Shown: piece by piece, positions 1 through 8,718 of the stretch
Layout: each line of letters opens with the position of its first letter
How positions within the stretch are numbered: position 1 is the stretch's first letter
From: an uncultured Alphaproteobacteria bacterium
GTDB taxonomy: Bacteria; Pseudomonadota; Alphaproteobacteria; Rs-D84
Length of the DNA: 64,000 nt
Direction of reading: 5' to 3'
NCBI GenBank assembly: GCA_905234465.1
Contig: CAJOHU010000001.1
Coordinates: 31,708-95,707 of the forward strand
Notes under the pieces: model-generated
Database searches by the model: none
Seen by the model: only the letters and a program-made list of their open reading frames with translations
Told to the model about the DNA's origin: nothing
Position numbers and translations under genes: made by a program

Positions 1-665
1 TGTCTGTGTTTACATTGTGGCTGTATCAGAAAAAGAATGGCGGAACTGTTCCATTCCTTAATGCGCCCGCCGATGGCATTATTGAAGAAGCAGAAACAAA
101 ACCTGTGGATACACCGATGGTTGATGATACAGATACTGCGCGTGATTTGCCTTTGCCGGAACCGATTGTGGAACCAGAGATTGAACCTGAAATTGAACCT
201 GAACCTGTTGTTGAACCGGAACCTGATGTGCCGGTTGTGATAGACAAACCGATTGAGGTCAGATACCCTAATGATAATATTTTGCAGGCGGCGGCACCGG
301 ACGCACGCGTGATAGAATCTGAAGAAGATGTCATTATGCGCAAGACGGCATATGATGTTGCGCGGGAAGATAAACCCATATATGCGCCGACACCACGTGT
401 GACGAATGTGATTGCCCCCGATGTTATTTTTGATGATGACATTATTTCTGTACCTGTTGCGCCGGTAAACTATACGGACGATGTTTATTACGAAGATGAA
501 GACGTGTATTATAATGGCGGATTCCAATATGAACAGAATGTAAATCAATCTGGTGGATTTGTGTCGGAACCGGTGTATCAGCAAACGGAACCCACGGTGC
601 AAAAACACCTTAGCATTCATGATGGTGGTCAATACAGTATTGGTTACACCGAAACAACATATTAA
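1..665 (+). CDS. Hypothetical Pro/Glu-rich acidic protein, 5'-truncated by the window edge
   Basis: Frame is open to the window start; PEPIVEPEIEPEIEPEP low-complexity linker; followed by a hairpin terminator. Confidence 0.7.
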   Translation, partial: SVFTLWLYQKKNGGTVPFLNAPADGIIEEAETKPVDTPMVDDTDTARDLPLPEPIVEPEIEPEIEPEPVVEPEPDVPVVIDKPIEVRYPNDNILQAAAPDARVIESEEDVIMRKTAYDVAREDKPIYAPTPRVTNVIAPDVIFDDDIISVPVAPVNYTDDVYYEDEDVYYNGGFQYEQNVNQSGGFVSEPVYQQTEPTVQKHLSIHDGGQYSIGYTETTY

Positions 666-694
666 AAAACGCACCGAACGGTGCGTTTCTTTTT
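664..694. terminator. Bidirectional intrinsic terminator
   Basis: AAACGCACC-gaac-GGTGCGTTT with A/T tails between convergent genes. Confidence 0.75.
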
Positions 695-1070
695 ATTCTT
701 TTTCAATGACAACCATTGCGGCGGAAAAATTTTCTTGATCTGTGATAGACAGGTGTACACGCGCGGTTATTCCTGCCAATTCTTTCAGTGCCGCCCGTGC
801 GCCACCGGCAATCAAGATTTCTGGGTGACCGGCATCGTCATGAATAACCGATATATCAGAAAATGCGATTTCTTCGCCAAACCCCGTTCCCATGGCTTTC
901 AGACATGCTTCGCGTGCCGCCCAAAAATTTGCCAGGTGTTTTTCGGCGTTTGCATTATCTGCGTCTGCGTATTCTAATTCTTTTTTTGTAAATATCCGTT
1001 GCTTTTTAAATGCGGACCAATCCAAGAAGCGTCCTGATTCAACCAAATCTATACCGATGCCAACAATCAT
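693..1070 (-). CDS. acpS: Holo-[acyl-carrier-protein] synthase
   Basis: MIVGIGIDLVE, FAAKEA-like WAAREACLKAMGTG, HLSITD; start moved to ATG 1070 behind AAGGGAGG. Confidence 0.95.
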   Translation of the reverse strand: MIVGIGIDLVESGRFLDWSAFKKQRIFTKKELEYADADNANAEKHLANFWAAREACLKAMGTGFGEEIAFSDISVIHDDAGHPEILIAGGARAALKELAGITARVHLSITDQENFSAAMVVIEKE

Positions 1071-1237
1071 ATCTGTTTCCTCCCTTGGGTATAAATATAT
1101 TAATCTGATACGGGAATATAGAAACTTTTTTCCGATTCGTGCAAGCACAAAATTAGAAAAAATAAATTAAGATAAAAAAATTGTTGTATTTTATAATTAT
1201 TATATTATATAATGGTTTTGAATCAAAGGAGTAAAAC

Positions 1238-1510
1238 ATGAAAAAATCAAAACTTTTATTAACAGTGTGTGCGGTTGTGGCGTGTTTGGCGGCTGGTTCT
1301 GCGAATGCGGCACCGGGACATGGCGGGCATAATCATATGCCATCTGGTCATGTTGTGACGCATGTTCATAACGCACCGCGTCCGGGGCACCATACGCATC
1401 ATCATGGTGGACATCATCATAATAATCAGGTTGTACATCATTACCATCATAGTAATAACACAGGCAGTTTTATATTGGCGACAGCGATATTGATATCTGC
1501 ATTAATATAA
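1238..1510 (+). CDS. Small secreted His-rich protein
   Basis: AAGGAG RBS, signal peptide ending ANA, 18 His residues, hydrophobic C-terminus. Confidence 0.8.
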   Translation: MKKSKLLLTVCAVVACLAAGSANAAPGHGGHNHMPSGHVVTHVHNAPRPGHHTHHHGGHHHNNQVVHHYHHSNNTGSFILATAILISALI

Positions 1511-1534
1511 AATGAATTTATTAATTAATTATAG

Positions 1535-1558
1535 AAAACCGCTGTTAGCGGTTTTTTT
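1535..1558 (+). terminator. Intrinsic terminator
   Basis: AAAACCGC-tgtta-GCGGTTTTTTT. Confidence 0.75.
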
Positions 1559-1615
1559 ATGTATTAAAAAATATTTGAGTTTTTTGTAATATTAGTTTAG
1601 TATACTTTGCGTCGT

Positions 1616-1692
1616 CGGGGCGTAGCTCAGCCTGGTAGAGTACTTGCATGGGGTGCAAGGGGTCGCAGGTTCGAATCCTGTCGCCCCGACCA
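1616..1692 (+). tRNA. tRNA-Pro(GGG)
   Basis: CGGGGCG acceptor stem, TAGCTCAGCCTGGTAGAG D-arm, CTTGC-ATGGGGT-GCAAG anticodon arm, GGTTCGAATCC T-arm, encoded CCA. Confidence 0.97.
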
Positions 1693-1731
1693 TAAAATTA
1701 AAAATGACCCCAAGGGGCATTTTTAATTTTA
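1693..1731 (+). terminator. Hairpin terminator after tRNA-Pro
   Basis: TAAAATTAAAAATG-a-CCCC-aa-GGGG-CATTTTTAATTTTA. Confidence 0.75.
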
Positions 1732-1833
1732 TCGCCGCGTAGCGGTAGATGCGAACCGTAGGTGCGAAACCAAGTAGATTTCACAAACAAAGTGCGGTGA
1801 AATCGTCACGGGTTGCGCGAAGGCATTTATGCC

Positions 1834-1936
1834 GAGCGAATACGAAAATACACAATTAGAAAAATCAAAAAAATCGCAGGAACGAGATTTTTACAGATTT
1901 TTATTATTGTGTATTGAGGAAATGTCGCCCCGACCA
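1834..1936 (+). repeat. 103-bp palindromic tRNA-linked repeat, copy 1, ending in a tRNA-Pro 3'-end duplicate
   Basis: Near-identical to 3034-3136; imperfect stem around a GCAGGAACGA loop; ends TGTCGCCCCGACCA, the tRNA 3' end. Confidence 0.92.
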
Positions 1937-2106
1937 CGAAATTCAAACCCGCCACTAAGGGCGGTTTTTATTTTGTATTCCAATATCTTCGCTGAGTTCG
2001 AGAATTAAGTTTTTGGGAAGCGCTATTTTTGACCCGTTTTCGAACTTTTTAAGAAAAAAGCTTAGAAGCCTAACCTTTTTCATGAGTTCGAATTTATTGT
2101 ATTTTT

Positions 2107-2802
2107 TTATTCTGATACTTTAGAAACACGATTGTAAACTTCCATAAGTTTTTCTCTAGATATTAATGTTTCGTGTTCTTCTTGTGTCATAATAGCAGCA
2201 ATTTGATATTCTTTTTTGCCCTGATGTGTAGCATCTATTATTTCATTTAATTTGCAATCACCATCTATTTTTGCACGATTAAAATTATATGCACCATTTG
2301 CAGGGTCTAAAAGCTGTAATCCATTTGACATTTTTACAGCAATAATTTGATGTCCATTCATATGCTGTTTACCAATATCAGGAGTGTAAACGCTAACAAC
2401 AACATAAACATCTTTGATACCTGCTTCTTTTGCATACTTTGCAAATAAATTAGCACGACCAGAACATCCAACTACATAAGATGGTATTTTATACTTATCT
2501 ATTTCATCAGCAGAAAAAGAAAACATATTTTGATTTGGTTTTATTTGATGTTTTGCATCTCGCAACCACAAATTACGGTAGAAAAATTCGTCATCGCTAT
2601 TTTCTTTTATTTTCATTTGCTTGTAATTTTCTGGTATAACATCAGCAGAAATAAAGAAATCATCTACTCGTTTTTAAACAGTATCTAATCTTTCAACAAT
2701 TTGTTGGTCAGTTAAGTTTTGTTGGTGTCTGTTTGAAGATATAAGAAAATATCCAACTATTCCCAAAATTACAATTATTGCGATTATTATGACTTTTTTC
2801 AT
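2107..2802 (-). pseudogene. Secreted/anchored transglutaminase-like (papain-fold) protein with an in-frame TAA
   Basis: ATG 2802 (MKKVIIIAIIVILGIVGYF...) is in frame with ORF 2107..2616; single TAA at 2674-2676; GCSGRANLF...GHQI...LLDP Cys-His-Asp pattern; very AT-rich. Confidence 0.75.
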
Positions 2803-2902
2803 TTTTTATCCTTGTTTCTTATGGATATATTTTATCACTTCTTCAACATCTTGTCCAATCTTGATAATATCGGCTCGAGAATTGCTAATTAAGCACGACC
2901 AG

Positions 2903-2943
2903 AATTAAATAAAAGACCACGTAAAGTGGTCTTTTATTTAATT
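2903..2943. terminator. Perfect 18-bp-stem hairpin
   Basis: AATTAAATAAAAGACCAC-gtaaa-GTGGTCTTTTATTTAATT, preceded by CGACCA. Confidence 0.7.
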
Positions 2944-3033
2944 CCAAGGGGCGACAGGATGCGCCAGAATGGCAACGGCACAATAAGTGCCGTTGGAAAA
3001 CGAAGTTTTCGTGGGCGGACCACAGACATGCAT

Positions 3034-3136
3034 GAGCGAATACGCAGATGAACAATTAGAAAAATCAAAAAAATCGCAGGAACGAGATTTTTGCAGATTT
3101 TTATTATTGTGTATTGAGGAAATGTCGCCCCGATCA
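3034..3136 (+). repeat. 103-bp palindromic tRNA-linked repeat, copy 2
   Basis: Exactly 1200 bp from copy 1; ends TGTCGCCCCGATCA. Confidence 0.92.
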
Positions 3137-3167
3137 TTGACCCATTGGGTCATTTTAAATTTAACAC

Positions 3168-4847
3168 TTAATCTTTCTTAAAAGCGTTTTTAATTTTTTG
3201 TATTGCATCGGTGTTTATGGCGGTGTTACCAATTACGCCGACGGCGGTACCACCAATTGCGACACCTGTACCAATTTTTTTGTTTTGCTCAGATTCTTGT
3301 TTTTGTTCTGCCCATGCGATTGCGTCTTCGCTGGTGCTGTACATTAATGCACGTGATACAGATACATTATCGCTGCTTTGGCGTTCCGCAGGGTTATATG
3401 AATATAAATCATAATCGGCGCGGTCATAAATTGTTTCAGATTCAATGCCGGGTTTTAACCCCAATGCCGCTTTGGTTTTTTTCAATTCGCCCGCCATATT
3501 TTTATATTCTTTGGCATATTCTGATATTTCATCGCCACCCGGCAAATAAATGGTTTCGGTGCCAACATTAAATACTTGGCCGTCACCATATTCGCATTTC
3601 ATTGTGTCAATCCATTCCCGCATATCAGATTCAGCTTTGGCATCTGCCGACTGTTCTGCCATCGCGGTTGCGACCATTCGCGCACCATACCCCGTTGCCG
3701 CAGATGCCCCAGCATTAACCAAGCGATTACCCAAAGAATTTTGTTTTTCGCGCGCATCGGCAAGTTTCTGTTGCGCGTCGGTAAGTTTTTGTTGTGCCGC
3801 GTCGATATCTGCTGCTGTGGGTTGTGGTTGTACAACAGGTTCTGGGGTCGTTTCTTTTTGTGTCGCCTCTTCTCTTTCTTTCTGTGTGGCATTGCTGTCA
3901 CTGTGGATATATTCGGATTTTGATTCCTGGCTTGCTTTTTGACTGACCATTAAGATCTGACTTTCGTCTGTTTGTCCCCATACCGGCATGTTTTCTATGT
4001 TGTCGCATATATTCTGGTTCAAATAAATATAGGTCGTGTTTCCCACGGTTTCATTGTTGTGCGCGCAGGTTTGTACCTCTTCATAACAAAAACTTTCTAT
4101 CGCGTCGGAACCAATTGCCTTATTACGATATAAGAAACCCAGAATATGCGTTTTGTCTGTGTTCATAATTTGTTTAGTTTTTGATGCATCGTTGAATGGA
4201 CGGCTGTCCCCAGGAACACCCGTTAATGATCCGCGACACCATTCAATGTCACTTATATCAAGTGCGGTCCATGTGCCCTCTTTTGTGGTTTGATCAACCT
4301 GGCATCTGTAGAGTCTGTTATCAATACCCAATACATAGGTGCCAGTGCCACAATCTTTATCGCTGGAAAAACCGCCGCAATAAAGCCATTTATGATCCGG
4401 ATTTTCAAGTACACCGGTTTTTGAGGAATATGTATCTTGTGGTATGCAATTAAGATTATCTATCTCATAGGTAATGTTAACAGAAGTATCTTTGTCGCAC
4501 CAAGCAACCATGTGCGTTGGAAAATTGTCACTAAAATTAGTAAAAGGATAATGTATTGTCATATCACATGTGTCATCATTCTCCAATATTCCTATCTGTC
4601 TTTGCCGCTGTGCTTGGGTACATGTATCAAGCAAATTATGATCTATCAAATATACTTGACCCCTTGCGGGTCTTGCTACCTTGGTCAGTTGTGTACAGTT
4701 GGTTATTTTTTCTGATACATCATTGGTAAACCAGCAAAAAGGACTGTCTTTGCTTTCGCAATGCATTGAAAATTGCGACTGTACTGAGTCAGCAAAAACG
4801 GGCACCGACAATAATATTAAATAGGCGGCAAATAAAAACTTTCTCAT
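3168..4847 (-). CDS. Secreted Cys-rich hypothetical protein with coiled coil and C-terminal Gly-rich hydrophobic segment
   Basis: Signal peptide MRKFLFAAYLILLSVPVFA; 559-aa ORF; AQQKL repeats; IGTGVAIGGTAVGVIG. Confidence 0.85.
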   Translation of the reverse strand: MRKFLFAAYLILLSVPVFADSVQSQFSMHCESKDSPFCWFTNDVSEKITNCTQLTKVARPARGQVYLIDHNLLDTCTQAQRQRQIGILENDDTCDMTIHYPFTNFSDNFPTHMVAWCDKDTSVNITYEIDNLNCIPQDTYSSKTGVLENPDHKWLYCGGFSSDKDCGTGTYVLGIDNRLYRCQVDQTTKEGTWTALDISDIEWCRGSLTGVPGDSRPFNDASKTKQIMNTDKTHILGFLYRNKAIGSDAIESFCYEEVQTCAHNNETVGNTTYIYLNQNICDNIENMPVWGQTDESQILMVSQKASQESKSEYIHSDSNATQKEREEATQKETTPEPVVQPQPTAADIDAAQQKLTDAQQKLADAREKQNSLGNRLVNAGASAATGYGARMVATAMAEQSADAKAESDMREWIDTMKCEYGDGQVFNVGTETIYLPGGDEISEYAKEYKNMAGELKKTKAALGLKPGIESETIYDRADYDLYSYNPAERQSSDNVSVSRALMYSTSEDAIAWAEQKQESEQNKKIGTGVAIGGTAVGVIGNTAINTDAIQKIKNAFKKD

Positions 4848-4917
4848 CTCTCTAATCTAAAACCCTTTGCCCTATTCTATCAAATTTCAATTTTTGATAC
4901 AAGAGAAAAATTGGGCG

Positions 4918-4958
4918 AGTGGTTATCCGCCTTCGCCGCTAACCACTATCACTAACAC
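4918..4958 (-). repeat. TTAGTG(G)-type repeat and hairpin downstream of argS
   Basis: Minus strand reads GTGTTAGTGATAGTGGTTAG-cggcgaaggcgga-TAACCACT. Confidence 0.65.
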
Positions 4959-4964
4959 CGATTC

Positions 4965-6674
4965 CTACATCTCGTTTGGGACCTTTAACCCCATTAAATC
5001 TAGTGTCTTGGTTAATACATCAACCGCAATCTTTACCAGCCCCAATCGCGCATTGCGAATTTCCGCCGGTACATCTTCGCGTAATATCGGACAATTATGA
5101 TAGAATGTGTTCACCATTTGGCATAAATCGTATGCATAGTTTGCAACCAAATCAGTCGCGCGTTCGTTAAATGCCGACTGAATCGTCCGGTCAAAATCTA
5201 ACAGTTCCATAATCAGATTACGTTCGTCTGAACACATTTCCGTGATAGCCGTCGCCGAAAAATCGCCCGCACGCCGCAAAACAGAATTTAATCGCACTGC
5301 TGTATATAATATATATGGACCGGTGCGACCTTCAAATGATGTGATTTGCGCCGGGTCAAATATATAATCCGATTTTACATCGTGCAACAAATCATTAAAC
5401 TTTACCGCCGCCAACGCAATCGTTTGTATTGTGTCATCGTCTAATTTTTTATCAAATTCTTGCACCCGCGCCCGCACAGCATCATTCGCAATGTCAAATA
5501 TGTCGTCCAATCCCGCCGCATTGCCATCACGCGTCTTAAACGGTTTGCCGTCCGCGCCATTTATCGTGCCGTACCCAATGTGTTCAAATTTATCATACGG
5601 GTATATGCCCGACATGTCCGCCACACGGAACAGTTGTTCAAAATGCAGGCTTTGACGCAAATCTGTGAAATAAATAATCTTGTCTGGGTTATCGGTTTTT
5701 TTGCGACAATAAACAGCCGCCAAATCAGTGGAATCATAAGTGTCCGCCCCGCGAGAATCGCGCCACATGTACGGTGGCATGGGCTTGTTATCTGTGTCGC
5801 GTTTAACATTGATTATCTCTGCCCCATCATTTTCATAAATCATATTCTTTTCACGTAAGATTTTTTCCACAGAACCAAGATATTTTGCCGCGTTCCTTTC
5901 GCCTAAATCATAGTCAAATGGTAATATGTTTAACCGGCTTACCGTTTTGTTCATGGTGCGTAAAGATATTGCCAAAAACTTTTCATACAGTGCGAAATAC
6001 CCCGGGTGACCCGATTGAAACTTTGCCTTGATTTCTTGGGCGTGTGATTGGAATTCTGGGTTTTCTTTGGCAAACGCAGATGCCGCCGGATAATAAGTAT
6101 TTAATTCTTGTTCGTCTATTTCAAAATCAACAGGTGTATTCGGATTAAAATCATCCCGAAAATACGGTAATTCTGGGTGCAGGCGTTCAATCCACGCAAT
6201 AACCAATCCCATGGGCTTTCCCCAATCGCCAATATGGTTCCACGAAAATGTCTTGTGCCCCAAAGATTTCGCAATACGATTAAAAGTATCCCCAACAATA
6301 GATGTTCGCAAATGACCGATGTGTAAAGATTTTGCAACATTGTATGCGCCATAGTCCATGTCAATGATTATCGGTTTTTCCGCCGGTGTAATTTGTGCGG
6401 CGGTTTGTGCCGCATGCCACAAAAAATCATCTTTGATTGTCAAATTAATAAACCCAGGTCCCGCAACAGATGCAGATTTTACAAAATCCAGTTCATGAAT
6501 TTTTGGCAATATCTCGCCCGCCAATTCTCGTGGATTTTTGCCCGCAGATTTCGCCATCACCATCGCGGCATTCGTAGAAAAATCCCCGAATTCACGGTTG
6601 CGCGGTGTTTCCAATTTTGCGGCAAACCCAAGTTTTTCGTTTATTTTCTCAGACACATATTTGTATAGGTTCAT
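4965..6674 (-). CDS. argS: Arginine--tRNA ligase
   Basis: FGDFSTNAAM, AGPGFIN, LHIGHLR (HIGH), KPFKTRDG, FEGRTGPYILY. Confidence 0.97.
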   Translation of the reverse strand: MNLYKYVSEKINEKLGFAAKLETPRNREFGDFSTNAAMVMAKSAGKNPRELAGEILPKIHELDFVKSASVAGPGFINLTIKDDFLWHAAQTAAQITPAEKPIIIDMDYGAYNVAKSLHIGHLRTSIVGDTFNRIAKSLGHKTFSWNHIGDWGKPMGLVIAWIERLHPELPYFRDDFNPNTPVDFEIDEQELNTYYPAASAFAKENPEFQSHAQEIKAKFQSGHPGYFALYEKFLAISLRTMNKTVSRLNILPFDYDLGERNAAKYLGSVEKILREKNMIYENDGAEIINVKRDTDNKPMPPYMWRDSRGADTYDSTDLAAVYCRKKTDNPDKIIYFTDLRQSLHFEQLFRVADMSGIYPYDKFEHIGYGTINGADGKPFKTRDGNAAGLDDIFDIANDAVRARVQEFDKKLDDDTIQTIALAAVKFNDLLHDVKSDYIFDPAQITSFEGRTGPYILYTAVRLNSVLRRAGDFSATAITEMCSDERNLIMELLDFDRTIQSAFNERATDLVANYAYDLCQMVNTFYHNCPILREDVPAEIRNARLGLVKIAVDVLTKTLDLMGLKVPNEM

Positions 6675-6698
6675 CTTTGTCCCCGTAATTAAATGTTG

Positions 6699-7982
6699 TT
6701 ATATTGGTAATACCACGCGTACACGCAGACCGCCAAGTTCGCTGTCTTCCAAGAATATCTGACCACCGTGATTTTCAATCGCCGTCTTGGCAATAGATAG
6801 ACCCAACCCCGTTCCGCCTGTGTCCGCACCGCGCGCATCATCCAATCGTACAAATGGACGCATCGCATCCGCTTTTTTATTATCTGGGATACCGGGACCG
6901 TCATCTTCAATAATGACCGTCGTTTCGTTTTTGCCGTCAATTTCTGTAATCTTTATCGTTTTGTTCGCGTACCGCGCGGCATTTTCAATTATATTCCCAA
7001 ACGCACGTGCCAATGCCATCGGGCGCGCATAAAACTGAACCGGGGTATTTGGAAATTCGGTGATAATTTTTTTCTTTGGTGCCGCATCACGCGCAATGCG
7101 TATCAACATAGGTGGTAATTCCGTGGATTGTTCTATTTCCGGCATTTCGCCACGCGCAAATGCCAAATATCCGCTTATCATTGCACTCATCCGATCAATG
7201 TCGGCAAGCAGAGTTTCTTTGTCTGCCCCATCTGTTTCAATCGCCAAACGCATCCGCGCCAATGGCGATTTCAAATCGTGACTGACTGCGTTCAGCATAT
7301 CCGTGCGCGTGCGGTTATACCGGTCAAGTCTTTCTTTCATCGTTATCATCGCGGTTGCAGCCTCGCGGATTTCGCGCGAACCAGTTGGTTGAAACCCCGG
7401 CGCATCCAGCCCACGCCCGAAACGATTTGCCGCATGTGCAATACGACGAATACTGCGATTGTGCATAACCATAAATGGCGCAATTAAAATTGATACAATT
7501 AAAATCGCACCAATAAGCCATATTATAAATACCTCTGTACTGGTGGAATATATGCGATATAAACTTGTTCCAAAGGTCGCAATTTGTGTGCCGTCTTTGG
7601 TTGGAATGTCAACATATATCAGCCGTGGTGCGCGGTCTATATAAATCTTTGCTGGGCGTTCAACGCGCGCAGATAATTCTTTCGCCAACATGCCCGCTTC
7701 GCGCGATTTGTTATCGTTATGAGGCGGACGGTTCAATTTGTCGTGAATAGAAAAGTTTATGCCGATGTCCGTTGCTAATTTTTTGGCGATTTCTTCATTC
7801 CCAGAATCTATATTCCGCATCACTGTCGCAATTTCCCCAGCCAGTGTGCGCGCCAATGTCGCATGAACCCTCGCCCAGTGATTTCCAAAAAATACATTCG
7901 CAATAATAACCTGGGCCACAACCAGTGGAACCAGTATCAATAATATTGTGCGCCAGAAAAAACCGCGTGGAATTAATCTCAT
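6699..7982 (-). CDS. EnvZ-like sensor histidine kinase
   Basis: Two TM segments, HAMP, H-box SHDLKSPLARM, N/G boxes NIIENAARY, DDGPGI, GTGLGL. Confidence 0.93.
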   Translation of the reverse strand: MRLIPRGFFWRTILLILVPLVVAQVIIANVFFGNHWARVHATLARTLAGEIATVMRNIDSGNEEIAKKLATDIGINFSIHDKLNRPPHNDNKSREAGMLAKELSARVERPAKIYIDRAPRLIYVDIPTKDGTQIATFGTSLYRIYSTSTEVFIIWLIGAILIVSILIAPFMVMHNRSIRRIAHAANRFGRGLDAPGFQPTGSREIREAATAMITMKERLDRYNRTRTDMLNAVSHDLKSPLARMRLAIETDGADKETLLADIDRMSAMISGYLAFARGEMPEIEQSTELPPMLIRIARDAAPKKKIITEFPNTPVQFYARPMALARAFGNIIENAARYANKTIKITEIDGKNETTVIIEDDGPGIPDNKKADAMRPFVRLDDARGADTGGTGLGLSIAKTAIENHGGQIFLEDSELGGLRVRVVLPI

Positions 7983-8644
7983 GATATATCCGCCTTGGTG
8001 TTGCTGCAGTCTTGATTTGAACAGACTATTTTGTAGCCACGACTGCGTATGGTTACGATGTCTACATTTGATAATACACTATTTAATTTATTGCGCAAGC
8101 GTTTTACAACCATTGCCGGCGCAGATACGATATTTCCAACCGGACATGTCAAATTAGTTAATAATTTCTTTTCTTCGCCGGATAGCGCAAGAACATTAAT
8201 TTGACCATCATTGTCGCGCACAAAAAATTCTTGGTCAGATAAAATCAGCCCATCCGGCATTTTCGGCGTATTAATATCGGGTGCGTGCCGCATGATATTG
8301 TTAAGTCGCAATACCAATTCACGCAACTGAAAAGGCTTTGCAATATAATCATCTGCGCCGCCAACCAGACCGTCAATCGCGTTTTCTGCGCCACCCATCG
8401 CCGTCAGCATGATAACAGGTGTTTTATCACCCGCAGCGCGCAATTCTTTAAGAAACGTCAATCCGTCTGTCCCTGACATCATTCTGTCAAGAATTATGCC
8501 GTCCACAGATATGCGTTTTAATATTTCGCGCGCATCTTCGGCAGAACGCGCATTCAGAACATAAAAATTATTTGCACGCAACCCCCGCGCCAATGTCGTG
8601 CGCAATATATCATCATCATCAATAACAAGAACTGTCTTATTCAT
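7979..8644 (-). CDS. OmpR-family response regulator
   Basis: VIDDD, LDRMM, MLTA, GADDYIAKPF, TIRSRGYK; 4-bp overlap with the kinase. Confidence 0.93.
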   Translation of the reverse strand: MNKTVLVIDDDDILRTTLARGLRANNFYVLNARSAEDAREILKRISVDGIILDRMMSGTDGLTFLKELRAAGDKTPVIMLTAMGGAENAIDGLVGGADDYIAKPFQLRELVLRLNNIMRHAPDINTPKMPDGLILSDQEFFVRDNDGQINVLALSGEEKKLLTNLTCPVGNIVSAPAMVVKRLRNKLNSVLSNVDIVTIRSRGYKIVCSNQDCSNTKADIS

Positions 8645-8718
8645 ATATGTGGGTCCTTGCGTTGTATTTTAAGGCATTTTTACCCCGATTTCAAGCCCCA
8701 CATGTGTAAAATGTGGAC

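Noticed and set aside
157..230. Tandem GAACC(T/G)GA repeats
   Set aside because: Simply encode the Pro-Glu linker of the first CDS
2674..2676. Stop-codon reassignment or readthrough
   Set aside because: TAA is the normal stop of most genes in the window; a single nonsense change is simpler
1693..3136. CRISPR array or classical genomic island
   Set aside because: Only two long repeats with unequal spacers, no cas genes and no integrase in the window
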